Shown here piece after piece: positions 1 through 9,475 of a DNA stretch of 64,000 bases. Origin of the DNA: an uncultured Selenomonadales bacterium. GTDB taxonomy: Bacteria > Bacillota > Clostridia > Christensenellales > QALW01. The stretch is from the NCBI GenBank assembly GCA_905200615.1, contig CAJKLB010000006.1, positions 9,266 through 73,265 of the forward strand. Direction: 5' to 3'. Positions within the stretch are counted from its first letter, which is position 1. Each line of letters begins with the position of its first letter. The notes beneath the pieces were generated by a model. That model ran no database searches, was not told the DNA's origin, and saw nothing but the letters and a program-made list of their open reading frames with translations. The position numbers and the translations under genes were made by a program.

Positions 1-766
1 CGCTGAATGCCAGCAGCAGGCGGGGCCACTGCCCGATATCCGTCCCGCTCGCATGACGGAGAGTCACGGCATTGTCCAGTGTGCTGAACACGCAGGCCAT
101 CAGCACTACCAGCAGCGCCAGCATAATGCCCGCCGTCCGTTTTTTCCGGGTGAGGGAAATGTCTTCCGCAGGTTCCGAAGAGGCGCCCGCAGTCTCCGTC
201 ATTTCGATGCGGCTTTGGGCGGCCTGTCTCGTTCGGATGACCAGCAGGCTCAAAGCCGCCAGGAATACCGAAAGAAACGCCGCCTCCGCAACCTCCAGGT
301 TGACAAGGTTGTTGTTTGCATACTGGAGCAGAATTCCCAGGGCGTAGGCGATCCCCGCCAGCCGTGCCAATGCATTGTCGCCGTCTATGGTGACGGCAGC
401 CAGATAGTGGACGGCGCTGCCGAAAACGCCCAGCAGCAGGAAGAGCACCATCCCTGCCGTCATGGTCGCCGCATAGGAGATATGCTGCTGGACAATGAAG
501 GTACAGATAATCGCACCCAGCGCCAGGATAAAGGTCAGCGCGCTTTTATAGCGCCTCCCGCCCCAGCGTTCCATGGCCGGATACAAGAAAAAGCCGACGG
601 CGCTGGCGCCCAGCGCATAGTTCTGGGCAATGACAGTTCTCCCTTCCGTCACCGACAGAGAAATCATATTGACAAACAGATATTCCGCCCCTAAAAAGAC
701 AAAAGTAAAAATACCGATCAGCAGAATGGCGTTGACAGACGCCGGCTTTCTCAGTTCCCCTTTCAT
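1..766 (-). CDS. Polytopic membrane protein, MFS-transporter-like (3' end outside window)
   Basis: Absent from the ORF track because it runs off the left edge. Hand translation of the minus strand from ATG 766..764 gives MKGELRKPASVNAILLIGIFTFVFLGAEYLFVNMISLSV..., with repeated hydrophobic spans and a charged central loop and no stops down to position 1. RBS-like GAAAGGGTGG lies upstream. Plus-strand ORFs 53..694 and 72..347 are Arg-rich antisense artefacts. Confidence 0.6.
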   Translation of the reverse strand, partial: MKGELRKPASVNAILLIGIFTFVFLGAEYLFVNMISLSVTEGRTVIAQNYALGASAVGFFLYPAMERWGGRRYKSALTFILALGAIICTFIVQQHISYAATMTAGMVLFLLLGVFGSAVHYLAAVTIDGDNALARLAGIAYALGILLQYANNNLVNLEVAEAAFLSVFLAALSLLVIRTRQAAQSRIEMTETAGASSEPAEDISLTRKKRTAGIMLALLVVLMACVFSTLDNAVTLRHASGTDIGQWPRLLLAFS

Positions 767-805
767 CGTACCACCCTTTCCACAGAAGCCGCTGCAGGCG
801 TCCCG

Positions 806-1027
806 TTATTTCTCCGATTCTTCCGTCAGCTCCACTACATCCCCGATGTCACAGCGGAGCGCCCGGCAGATCCGCTCCAAAACCTCCAGGCTCACATATT
901 CGTCCCGGTTCAGCTTTGCTATCGTAGAGGAGGACACATCTGCCAACTCTGTCAGGGCGGATTTTTTCATCTTTTTATCAATCAGCAATTTCCACAGCCG
1001 GTTGTACTGGACAGCCATACGCTTCAT
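806..1027 (-). CDS. XRE/Cro-C1 family helix-turn-helix regulator
   Basis: 73 aa with a typical HTH_3 pattern (KKSALTELADVSSSTIAKLNRDEYVSLEVLERICRAL). Lies directly upstream of the membrane protein gene. Confidence 0.8.
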   Translation of the reverse strand: MKRMAVQYNRLWKLLIDKKMKKSALTELADVSSSTIAKLNRDEYVSLEVLERICRALRCDIGDVVELTEESEK

Positions 1028-1241
1028 CTCTCGCCTTGTTTATGGAAGACAGTATAGCACAAAAATCGTGAAAAGTCAATGGATTTTATGAGATGTCACA
1101 TATTTTTACGAATGTTAAGCCAAAAGAAAGCAGCCGCTCCTTTTACAGGCTCCTTTTACAGCCATAGACATTTACCGCTTTTTATTTCCAACGAGGTGAA
1201 GAAGCTAAAATACAGGGGAAAGGAGTACGATTATTTTCTGT

Positions 1242-1457
1242 TTACTCTGCAATGTTTATTACCTCGACACCTTTGCTCTTAGCGTAGTTCACTGTATAAA
1301 AAGTTCCGCCCTTGTTTTCTGTGAGATAAGAAATACAAGCAGAACTGTTATCAACCAGATGGCGATTGCGTTTATGCATACAGCCCCTCGTGTACTCCTG
1401 AGAAGTAGAAGTTGAATTAACCATATAAAGAGCCGATAAACTTGTGAGTAATCTCAC
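1242..1457 (-). pseudogene. Probable C-terminal remnant of a SLOG/DprA-like Rossmann-fold gene
   Basis: Only the tail HKRNRHLVDNSSACISYLTENKGGTFYTVNYAKSKGVEVINI resembles the C-terminal signature of SLOG (YpsA/DUF1273-like) or DprA-like proteins (recollection). The N-terminal part looks non-coding, there is no RBS, and a compound hairpin covers the putative start. Confidence 0.3.
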
Positions 1458-1646
1458 AGGACATCGGCTCTTTCTCTTTTGATCTGGATTTTGACAAGCT
1501 CAGGACTAAGTAAAAGTTATGATTTTTCAGTTCTGCTTATAGGAAGTGAAATATCTTATAATCGGCATATTCACATCGTTTAATAAGAAGCCATAAATCT
1601 ATACAATATAGAGAGAAAGATTATATTGAATCAAGGCGGTGAGCTT

Positions 1647-2006
1647 ATGAACGAGAGAAACAACGATTTTGATTTCGATTTTATGCCGATAGGACAGGCG
1701 ATTAAGAAAGCCCGTGAAGCAAAAGGAATGACGAGAGAGCAGCTTTCTGGAATAATCGGCTACGCTCCCAGACACATTCAATCTATTGAAAATGAGGGGA
1801 AATATCCAAGCATCGAGCTGTTTATCCAACTCATTCAAATGTTTGATGTTTCGGTTGATGAGTATATATTTCCTGACAAAGAAGCCAAAAAGAGTTCCGT
1901 CCGCAGACGCTTAGACGCACAGCTCGACAAATTAGACGATAAAGAACTGTCCGTGATTGAAGCGACTGTAAATGGACTATGTAAAGCAAAAGAACCAGAG
2001 GAATAA
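1647..2006 (+). CDS. XRE family helix-turn-helix regulator (ICE cargo/regulation)
   Basis: HTH_3 pattern IGQAIKKAREAKGMTREQLSGIIGYAPRHIQSIENEGKYPSIELFIQL. ATG at 1647 is preceded by AAGGCGGTGAG. The ORF-track start at 1626 is a TTG without an RBS. Confidence 0.8.
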   Translation: MNERNNDFDFDFMPIGQAIKKAREAKGMTREQLSGIIGYAPRHIQSIENEGKYPSIELFIQLIQMFDVSVDEYIFPDKEAKKSSVRRRLDAQLDKLDDKELSVIEATVNGLCKAKEPEE

Positions 2007-2022
2007 ACCTCTGGTATTCTTT
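1994..2022. terminator. Bidirectional intrinsic terminator between convergent genes
   Basis: Stem ACCAGAGG / CCTCTGGT with a 6-nt loop, followed by a T-rich run; A-rich on the other side. Confidence 0.6.
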
Positions 2023-2031
2023 TGCACTTTG

Positions 2032-3759
2032 TTAATAAGCCGGACAACCGTAGCCATAGATTACGCTGCTGCCGATGGGGTAGCTGTTCTGCCGGCACTC
2101 GTCGCCTGAATTGCCTTCGACGGTGTAGACCGTGCCGTTTTCCACACGTTCGACAATTCCAACATGGTCGGTTAGACCGTCGCCCTCCCAGTCAAAGAAA
2201 ATGATCTGGCCTGCGGACGGGGTAAAGCTGCCGTCCTGCCAAAGCCCGCGCTCCTTGAACCAATCAGAACCTTGAATACAGCCCGCAAACTTCGGGATAA
2301 TACCGTTTTCGATATACCCGCATTCATTTGCGCACCACGAAACGAAACACGCGCACCATTCAACGCGCCCGGAAAAACCATACCACGACCAGTAAGGTTC
2401 ACCACCGATATTCCCGATCTGCGAAAGCGCCACCGAAACGATTTCCCCATCGCTACCGCTAATCCCATACAAAACGCTCGTCCAAAGGGAATTGTTTTCG
2501 TCGGCCAGCAATTCGGCAAGTTGTTCTCGCTGATCTTCATTAAACCCATACTGATTCGCCATATCCTCGGCGGTCTTGTGGCTGACCGTGATATAAAGAT
2601 AAGTGCGGGTCTGTGTTGTAGTCGTTTCTACAATGTTCCCGTGGCCGTCATCGGTTTCGGTGACAACTTCCTCGGTCTTGGTTTCGGTTCGTGAAGATAT
2701 TTCATTCATCTGCCAGAAAATATCTTTGAGAATGGCTTTCTTGGAATCGTCTATTGTAGCGACCTCCTGCGCATTATCGGGGTCGGTAGTGGTTTTGACC
2801 GCATAGACAGAAAGCACTTCCGGCCAGACGGCACGGGAGCCGGACATTTCCAAAACGTCATAGGAGATATTCGCCTTTGTGGTGTCAATCTGCGTTTGAT
2901 AATCGGCATTGATCTCCTGAACGACGTTCTGCATCGTATACCCTGAACCACTGTCCTCGCCCGAAAAGAAAATACCGAAGCAGGAGCCGATCAGCAAAGC
3001 AATTAAACAAATGATGATAATTACTAAAACGGCAATCCAGCCACCGGCAGCGATGGCGGCAATCAGCGCCTTTGTCCCGGCGATAATCGCCTTGACCGCA
3101 AGGGCTATGGCTTTGGCAACCGCTTTTGCGGTAACTACGGCGGCTTTGGCGGCGGCACGGGCAGCGTGAGCCGCCGCCCTCGCTGCTCTCGCTGTGGCCT
3201 GTGCTGTCTTTTGGGCTACCTTGGCCGCCTGCTGTGTGGTCTTGATGGCAGTTTTCGCGGTTTGTTCGGCGGTCTTAATGGTTTTCTGCGCTGTTTTCAC
3301 CGAACCCTTTGCTGATTTAATCGTAACCTTTCCTGTGGATTTCGCCGTCTGCTTGATATTCTTTCCGCTGCGCTCAAGCGTCTTGATGGATTTTTTAGCG
3401 GTATCGGCAGAGTGGCGCATCCCGTTTGCGGTTTTTTTCTGCGCCTGCTTTTTCGGAATGTCCGTCTTTTTCTGCTGGAAGTGTTCTTTCGCTTTGGAGA
3501 TGTTCTCTTTGGTCGTGCGAACCCCACGGCGGCCTTGCTTGTCAAATTGATGGACGGCTTCACGGGCGGCGCTCTCGGCGCCTCCCGTGATACGGTCTGC
3601 GGCGTATTCATTTGGTGAATTATCCGCAGAATAGAGACCTTGTTCCGCTTTGTCTTTGGTACGGATATAGGCGTCTTTCATTCGTTCGGCGGCAACCGCC
3701 GATTTGTCGATTGCCTTGACCGTACGTTTTACAACATTTCTCGTCTTTATGTCGGGCAT
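2032..3759 (-). CDS. Conjugative cell-wall hydrolase: K/A-rich N-terminal region, TM segment, C-terminal CHAP/NlpC-P60 domain
   Basis: C-terminus [16 protein letters not shown]...[23 protein letters not shown] carries the Cys...His signature of CHAP/NlpC-P60. One TM helix ([25 protein letters not shown]). Architecture of Tn916 Orf14/TcpG-type proteins. Confidence 0.85.
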   Translation of the reverse strand: MPDIKTRNVVKRTVKAIDKSAVAAERMKDAYIRTKDKAEQGLYSADNSPNEYAADRITGGAESAAREAVHQFDKQGRRGVRTTKENISKAKEHFQQKKTDIPKKQAQKKTANGMRHSADTAKKSIKTLERSGKNIKQTAKSTGKVTIKSAKGSVKTAQKTIKTAEQTAKTAIKTTQQAAKVAQKTAQATARAARAAAHAARAAAKAAVVTAKAVAKAIALAVKAIIAGTKALIAAIAAGGWIAVLVIIIICLIALLIGSCFGIFFSGEDSGSGYTMQNVVQEINADYQTQIDTTKANISYDVLEMSGSRAVWPEVLSVYAVKTTTDPDNAQEVATIDDSKKAILKDIFWQMNEISSRTETKTEEVVTETDDGHGNIVETTTTQTRTYLYITVSHKTAEDMANQYGFNEDQREQLAELLADENNSLWTSVLYGISGSDGEIVSVALSQIGNIGGEPYWSWYGFSGRVEWCACFVSWCANECGYIENGIIPKFAGCIQGSDWFKERGLWQDGSFTPSAGQIIFFDWEGDGLTDHVGIVERVENGTVYTVEGNSGDECRQNSYPIGSSVIYGYGCPAY

Positions 3760-4541
3760 AATTTCACCTCCAATCCGAGCCGAGCCAGTTCATCACGCAG
3801 AGCAGAGTAAAACGCCTTGCCGTGGATATTTCCGCCTGCTTCCTGCCACTTTTTCTCAAAATCAAACCGCACGGCAAGCTGACGGACAGAATAATCTTTG
3901 CGAAATGATCTCCAAGTGTTTTCGTCCCATTCTTCAAGACGTTTCCATAAATCAGGAAAATACCGATAGAGTTTCCGCAATTCAGTAAGTCCCTGCAACG
4001 GACAGCACCAGCAGGAAACACGGCTGAAAATGCGATACAGGCCGCCCCAGTCGAACCCTTTTGCATAGCAGTAGGCAAGGCAGTCTTTTTCGGTCATGCC
4101 CCACTCGACAAGCGGATAACATTTGTCTTTCACCCGATCTGTTTCATCGGCGGCAATTCCTACATATTCAATGACTGTATAGTTTTCTTTCAGCTTTTTC
4201 AAATAGGCGTTGATAACACGGATTTTCAGCATACCCGTACACCAACGGTTTCGTGGGCCTGCCCAACTCATACCCCGGTACTGCGCCAAAGCGGGATTTT
4301 TTCTTTTCGGAGAGTAGTCGTTAAAATAGTATTCAAAATCGTGCTCCGCTTTCAGCCGGATAATCGGTCTGTTGATATACGTCTCTAACCGGTTGATGTG
4401 TTCATACATCTGCGGAAATTCAATCCCTGTATCACAAAACAGAATCAGATCAACAGGGCGGTTTTCTTCCAAAAGACGCAGGAGCATTGCAGTTGAATCT
4501 TTCCCGCCCGAAAGAGAAAGGACATATTTTTCAGGTTTCAT
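3747..4541 (-). CDS. PAPS-reductase-like PP-loop ATP pyrophosphatase family protein
   Basis: N-terminal PP-loop LSLSGGKDSTAML and a C-terminal Cys cluster (SRVSCWCCPLQ). Overlaps both neighbouring genes. Confidence 0.8.
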   Translation of the reverse strand: MKPEKYVLSLSGGKDSTAMLLRLLEENRPVDLILFCDTGIEFPQMYEHINRLETYINRPIIRLKAEHDFEYYFNDYSPKRKNPALAQYRGMSWAGPRNRWCTGMLKIRVINAYLKKLKENYTVIEYVGIAADETDRVKDKCYPLVEWGMTEKDCLAYCYAKGFDWGGLYRIFSRVSCWCCPLQGLTELRKLYRYFPDLWKRLEEWDENTWRSFRKDYSVRQLAVRFDFEKKWQEAGGNIHGKAFYSALRDELARLGLEVKLCPT

Positions 4542-5328
4542 CGCCGCCCACCTCCCCGTCAGGGGCGGCGACCTGTTTTGCTACGACGACCATTCTGCCG
4601 TTTGTCCTGCTGTATTCGCAGGTGGAAAGCGTAATCAGTTTGTCGCCGTATTCGGCGCCCACGCCCGTATCATAGATAGAAAGTTCCTTGCATTTGGAGA
4701 TATAGGCGTCAAAGTCCTCCGCAGAATCGGCAAGGGTAAAATGATAATACTTGAATCCCTGTTCTGAATAGGCGGTGGTTTTGAACGCTGCGATCACTTC
4801 ATATTCCCCGAAACCGGAAAGGGTATCGAAACGGATAATTTTGTGTTCCCGGTAAAAATCCTCATCGGCATATTTGCAGAGATCGGAGAACATCGAGCCG
4901 TTGCTCATATGATGGCCGTAAACCACGCAGTTGTCGGAAATTCCGAGGTCGCAGTTTTCCTGCACATAGGGAACGCCGTAGGCGCTGTACTGCTTGTCAA
5001 ACCCCCGTTTCAGATAGTAATTCGGTTCGTCGATGGTCTGCATAACGGGATAGTCGATATTTGTTCCCTCAATGGAAATCCAGCCCACAAAATCGGTGTT
5101 CTGTTCGTATACCGCCGCATATTTCTCATAGGCGGTTTGCGTTGTGGTTTCGGTTTCGGATTCCTGCGGGGCAGCCTCCGGCGTTTCTTCCTCGACCAAT
5201 GCAGAAATGGTTTCAAAGGTTTCGGCGCTCTTTTTGTCATCAAGATACTGCCGGCAGAGCATAAAGCCGGAGAAAAGGAAAAGGGCGGCGCAAAACGCCG
5301 CCCCCGCAAGTATCAATTTTCTTTTCAT
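4531..5328 (-). CDS. srtB: Class B sortase
   Basis: Signal-anchor followed by GWISIEGTNIDYPVMQ, VVYGHHM and LITLSTCEY (catalytic His and TLxTC Cys). Start moved to ATG 5328, which has AGGAGG 7 nt upstream. Confidence 0.85.
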   Translation of the reverse strand: MKRKLILAGAAFCAALFLFSGFMLCRQYLDDKKSAETFETISALVEEETPEAAPQESETETTTQTAYEKYAAVYEQNTDFVGWISIEGTNIDYPVMQTIDEPNYYLKRGFDKQYSAYGVPYVQENCDLGISDNCVVYGHHMSNGSMFSDLCKYADEDFYREHKIIRFDTLSGFGEYEVIAAFKTTAYSEQGFKYYHFTLADSAEDFDAYISKCKELSIYDTGVGAEYGDKLITLSTCEYSRTNGRMVVVAKQVAAPDGEVGGDET

Positions 5329-5344
5329 AGATCGTCCTCCTGTT

Positions 5345-6115
5345 TTATCTCGCCTGCTCTTTGAGAACCGGCGCTTTGGATTTTTCATGGCGCTGCGTTT
5401 TAAGCTGGCGCAGATCAGATTTTACCGACTGTTTTTGCTTTGCCTGTTTTTCGTTTTGTTGGATTTTATCAATCAGCCTATCCGCACTTCGCTCCATTTT
5501 GGAAAACGTGTCGCCGCAGGATTCCAGAAAGTCTCGCAGCTTGGCAAGCATACCTTTGTCCGCTTCCAGATTGCCGGCCTGTTTCGCCGATCTGCCTAAA
5601 AGGGCGCGGCCTGCGTTTTTCATATGCCCGCCGACTTCGTGCAGTTCCCCGCGAATTACGTCAATCTGACCGGCGCTTTGGCGCATAGACTGCGATATAT
5701 GAGAAAATCCGCTTTTGATTTTGGAAAGGGCGGTGGAAACCCGCATAGCTTCCACCGCCCGTATCAGCGCCGATTTTCCTTTTTCCTTACAGGTTTTCAC
5801 CGCATTTCCGGCGGCGTCGATCAGCCGTACCTTTATAACGGAGACCATTGTTTTAGCCTGATGGATTTTATCTTCTGCCTTTGAAATGATCTTGCCGCAT
5901 TGGTTACGGATTCCCCGGTCGTGCAGGCGTTTTACTTCTGCGTGCATTTCCTGAATTTCATTCATCATAACGGACAGATTGTATTCCATACTCTCGACAT
6001 ATCCCACAAGGGATTGTACGTCCTCTTTCTGCTTGTGCAGCCCGTTTTTCTCCAACACTTCGTATAAATCGAGGATTTGCGGGTGGACGTTCAAACTAAT
6101 TGTTTGAGATTCCAT
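5345..6115 (-). CDS. Hypothetical coiled-coil protein of the conjugation operon
   Basis: 256 aa, helical and charged, no motif I recognise. Overlaps the VirB4-type gene stop by 20 nt, suggesting translational coupling. Confidence 0.6.
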   Translation of the reverse strand: MESQTISLNVHPQILDLYEVLEKNGLHKQKEDVQSLVGYVESMEYNLSVMMNEIQEMHAEVKRLHDRGIRNQCGKIISKAEDKIHQAKTMVSVIKVRLIDAAGNAVKTCKEKGKSALIRAVEAMRVSTALSKIKSGFSHISQSMRQSAGQIDVIRGELHEVGGHMKNAGRALLGRSAKQAGNLEADKGMLAKLRDFLESCGDTFSKMERSADRLIDKIQQNEKQAKQKQSVKSDLRQLKTQRHEKSKAPVLKEQAR

Positions 6116-8147
6116 TTACGGCACCTCCCATAACGCCCTCACCGGGCTTGGTGGTAATGAGCCTGTAAAGCTCGGTGTTTTTGGGAAACTTATTCACGAA
6201 CGGGACAAGAGAAGCGCCGTATTTCATCAAGCCGCAGCCTGCGTCCGCATTGGTGATATAGCTCATCTGCTCGGTGGAGATATTCAAAAGCTCGGCAAGT
6301 TTGGCGCGGTCAGAAGCCGCCTGATTCAACATCACCACAAATTCCGAGTTGGATAACATCGTGCTTGCCTGCACCGAATCCAGCAAATATTCGACATTCT
6401 GCGTAATAGCGCAGGGGTGGGTGTTCCTTTTACGGAACTGCCGCCACGCCGAATTGAAAAAGTTGGCGCTGTATTCATTTTCATAAACAACGTGGAACTC
6501 GTCGATAAACAGATGGGTACGCTTTCCCTTTTTCCAGTTTGTCGTAACACGGTTGAGCATAGCGTCGGTGATCGTCAGAAGTCCGGCAGGCTTTAACTGT
6601 GCGCCGAGGTCGTGAATATCATAGGAGATAATGCGGCTCGAAGTATCTACGTTGGTTTCGTGGGCGAATACGTCAAGAGAGCCGGAAGTGAACAGCTCCA
6701 AAGCAAGGGCGAGGTCGTGCGCCTCCTGTTCGGGCTGTTCCAGCAGCTTTTCACGCAGAGTACAGAGCGTAGGAACTTTGCCGGTCTGCGCCTGCTCCCT
6801 ATAAACAGCGTCGGTACAACGGTCGATAATGGATTTATGATGAGCGCCTACGCCGTTTGGGTCAATCTGTTCAACCAGCGACATAATAAACTGCGCCTTA
6901 TCAACAATCGGGTTGTTGTCGCCGTAGCCCTCGACCATATCCATAGCGTTGATACGGTCACGGCCGCCCGCCGCAATATGAATCACCGAAGCGTCCTTTC
7001 CGATGGCCTGCACAAGCGGCGTGTATTCTCCCTCCGGGTCGCAGATGATAATATCGTCCTCGGTGGCAAGCGCCAGAAAGATAATGAGCAGTTTAGCAAA
7101 AAACGACTTGCCGGAGCCGGGGATTCCGAGCAGGAACATCGACTGATTCAAAAGGTTTGACATATTGCAGAGAATCAGATTGTGGGAGATGGCATTTTCT
7201 CCAAAGAAGATACCTCCCGGCTCCCGAATCTCCTGAACCTTAAACGGCATAAACACCGCAAGGCTTTCGGTCGTTAAGGTGCGCAGGGTATTGATTTTCC
7301 GCAGGCCAATCGGGAGAGCCGTATTCAGTCCGTCAAGCTGCTGGTACTTCATCACGGCAAGCTGGCACATATGTTTTCGGGCAGTTGCCAAAATCGCCTC
7401 GGTGTTGCTGTCAAGCTGTTCTTTGGTGTCGGCGACGTGAACCAGCGTAATCACGGCAAACATCATTCGCTGATCTCTTGTCGTCAGATCATTCAGAAAT
7501 TCCCGGAGCTCGCTTCGCTGCTGCTCCATATCATACGGAACGATGGAAGAAAAATTTTGATTGGCGTTCTGCCGTCTTTGCCAGTTGGTAATATTCGTTT
7601 CAATCCCTAACAGGATTCGTTCGACCTCACGTACCGCCTCGTCGGTCGGCACAGGAATAACGTCAATCGACAACATCATATTTCGGTCAATGTCGGTAAG
7701 TTCCGTAACCATATCGTCCTTTACATACGAAGCGTAATCTTTCAAGAAGATAACCCTTGCGTATTTCTCGCCGAGCTTTAGATAATCGCTGTGCTTTTCC
7801 ACGCTGTCAGGGCAGATATAGTCCTTAAAATCGTGTCCTCGTTTCATCATTTCTTTGGCGTCAAAATGAAAAACGGCTTCCTCGCCGGGGCGATAGAAGT
7901 CGTGAAGCACTCGCAGTTTATCGGTAGCACCCAGTTCGGTACATTTGGAGCCGAGGGCGGCAAAGTGGGAAGTCAAATCCGAACCCACACGGGCAAAGTA
8001 GGACCGGGCCTGCTCTATATCCTTTTTTGTTACGGAGATCGTGATATATTTTTCCTGCATAATACCGTTGCCGGCAGTTGCTTTTGCAAGCAACACATCG
8101 TTGTATTCACGGCGGTATCGGTCCAAGCCGTCCTCCCGCATAGGCAA
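6096..8147 (-). CDS. VirB4/TcpF/Orf16-type conjugative ATPase, apparently 5'-truncated
   Basis: Walker A LGIPGSGKSFFAK and Walker B HLFIDEFH. The reading frame stays open and coding-like (LYSELLNSFDSGATTKITINNRRLNRKDFEQEILLP) for about 40 codons upstream of the first ATG, with no start codon. Confidence 0.85.
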   Translation of the reverse strand: MPMREDGLDRYRREYNDVLLAKATAGNGIMQEKYITISVTKKDIEQARSYFARVGSDLTSHFAALGSKCTELGATDKLRVLHDFYRPGEEAVFHFDAKEMMKRGHDFKDYICPDSVEKHSDYLKLGEKYARVIFLKDYASYVKDDMVTELTDIDRNMMLSIDVIPVPTDEAVREVERILLGIETNITNWQRRQNANQNFSSIVPYDMEQQRSELREFLNDLTTRDQRMMFAVITLVHVADTKEQLDSNTEAILATARKHMCQLAVMKYQQLDGLNTALPIGLRKINTLRTLTTESLAVFMPFKVQEIREPGGIFFGENAISHNLILCNMSNLLNQSMFLLGIPGSGKSFFAKLLIIFLALATEDDIIICDPEGEYTPLVQAIGKDASVIHIAAGGRDRINAMDMVEGYGDNNPIVDKAQFIMSLVEQIDPNGVGAHHKSIIDRCTDAVYREQAQTGKVPTLCTLREKLLEQPEQEAHDLALALELFTSGSLDVFAHETNVDTSSRIISYDIHDLGAQLKPAGLLTITDAMLNRVTTNWKKGKRTHLFIDEFHVVYENEYSANFFNSAWRQFRKRNTHPCAITQNVEYLLDSVQASTMLSNSEFVVMLNQAASDRAKLAELLNISTEQMSYITNADAGCGLMKYGASLVPFVNKFPKNTELYRLITTKPGEGVMGGAVNGISNN

Positions 8148-8176
8148 TAGAATCTCCTGTTCAAAATCTTTGCGGT

Positions 8177-9406
8177 TCAGCCTGCGGTTGTTGATCGTAA
8201 TTTTTGTTGTCGCTCCGCTGTCAAAGCTGTTGAGAAGCTCGGAATATAAACGCCGGGGGTGAGGTTGTCAATTTGGATTTCACCGTTAGGGCTGGTCTGC
8301 ACAGTCTGATTTACGCCGTTTCCCGTAACCGTAAAAGTGATTCCCTCAACCTTGCCGTCCTCGCTGGTTTTCACGATTTTGGCGCTGCCGTAGCTTACCT
8401 TGATATTCAGATAGCCTTTTATGGGGTCGTTGACCGTCTGTGCATAAGTCACGGTGTCCTGAACCCCACCGTCAGGGCCGTAAACGCCGTCCGTCCAAGT
8501 GATGATACCCCGTCTTTGAACAGTTTTCTCGGCGGTGATGGTAACGGTATCGCTCGGCGCTTTCTCGGCGGTAATCGTCAGCTTATTGCCATTAACGGAA
8601 AAACGGATTCCCGAATCGCTTGCTGAAAATGAATAGTCGGAAAGGACATTGTTCTGATCGGTCAGCGTGGCGGTGTATTTCTCGCCGTCCCATTCCAGTT
8701 CGATATTCTGCGCTTTCCCTGTGGATTTTGCAAAGAAGCTCGGCAGTTTGGAATGGTTCTGTACGCTCGCTGCCATTGAATCGTAGTAACGCATAATCTT
8801 ATCATAAAGGGGGTGCTCCGGGCTGATCTGGTCGAGGATAGCGTCTTTGCCGCCTGTGCTGACTTTATTAAAATCTTCGTCACGTTCGCCCACGACGGTT
8901 TCCCAAATCAAAAGCTGCGTGGCGACCGCATGAGCCAGTTTATCGCCGCCCTCGTTCTGCGAACGCCAAGAGGTCGAAATTGTACCCGTATAGCCATACT
9001 GAAAGATTCGACCGATATACAGCTTTATATCATCGGGAGAAATGGTGCTGTTATAGGACGAGGGGTAATTATCCCAAAAATCTTCACCCTTTTGCGTATA
9101 GCTGTCGCCGGTTTCCTGCGGAACACCGACCTCAATGCAGTAACAGATATTGCCGTTGTACGAGCCCATTGCGCGGACAGTCGTAAAACGGGAACTGCCG
9201 GACGACCAGCCGTTCATAAAGGTGTGGCTTCCGTGCCCCCATTCTGCGCCGTAATTTTCGTCGCCGTCACGAGGGAATGAAACAAGGTAAACCTCGTCGG
9301 TTTCTTCGGCGGCATAAGCGGTCGTGCCGAATCCAACGAGGGTAGTAACGCACATCAGCGCCGCAAGAAACAGCGACAGAAAGCGTTTGGCTTTTTGCAT
9401 TTTCAT
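8177..9406 (-). CDS. Secreted thioester-domain (TED) plus Cna-B-type adhesin, C-terminally truncated with no sorting signal
   Basis: Signal peptide. ICYCIEVG (thioester Cys) and ATQLLIWE (thioester Gln) motifs. Cna-B-like GSAKIVKTSEDGKVEGITFTV...NGEIQIDNLTPGVY breaks off mid-motif, and no LPXTG, hydrophobic stretch or basic tail follows. Confidence 0.75.
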   Translation of the reverse strand: MKMQKAKRFLSLFLAALMCVTTLVGFGTTAYAAEETDEVYLVSFPRDGDENYGAEWGHGSHTFMNGWSSGSSRFTTVRAMGSYNGNICYCIEVGVPQETGDSYTQKGEDFWDNYPSSYNSTISPDDIKLYIGRIFQYGYTGTISTSWRSQNEGGDKLAHAVATQLLIWETVVGERDEDFNKVSTGGKDAILDQISPEHPLYDKIMRYYDSMAASVQNHSKLPSFFAKSTGKAQNIELEWDGEKYTATLTDQNNVLSDYSFSASDSGIRFSVNGNKLTITAEKAPSDTVTITAEKTVQRRGIITWTDGVYGPDGGVQDTVTYAQTVNDPIKGYLNIKVSYGSAKIVKTSEDGKVEGITFTVTGNGVNQTVQTSPNGEIQIDNLTPGVYIPSFSTALTAERQQKLRSTTAG

Positions 9407-9475
9407 CTGAAATCCTCCTTAAAATGAAAAAACGCACCGTTTTTTCGGTGCGCTCTCAAAGTGAAATATTAAATT

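Noticed and set aside
53-694. Plus-strand ORFs 53..694 and 72..347 (213 and 91 aa)
   Set aside because: They have Arg/Gln/Gly-rich, low-plausibility composition and no RBS. They lie antisense to a continuous, hydrophobic, well-behaved minus-strand frame (the MFS-like gene) that the ORF track omits because it runs off the edge.
2172-3618. Numerous alternative-frame and antisense ORFs inside the CHAP hydrolase gene
   Set aside because: They arise from the repetitive GC-rich Ala/Lys-coding region. The 575-aa frame has a clear TM helix and CHAP domain, and it overlaps its neighbours in operon fashion.
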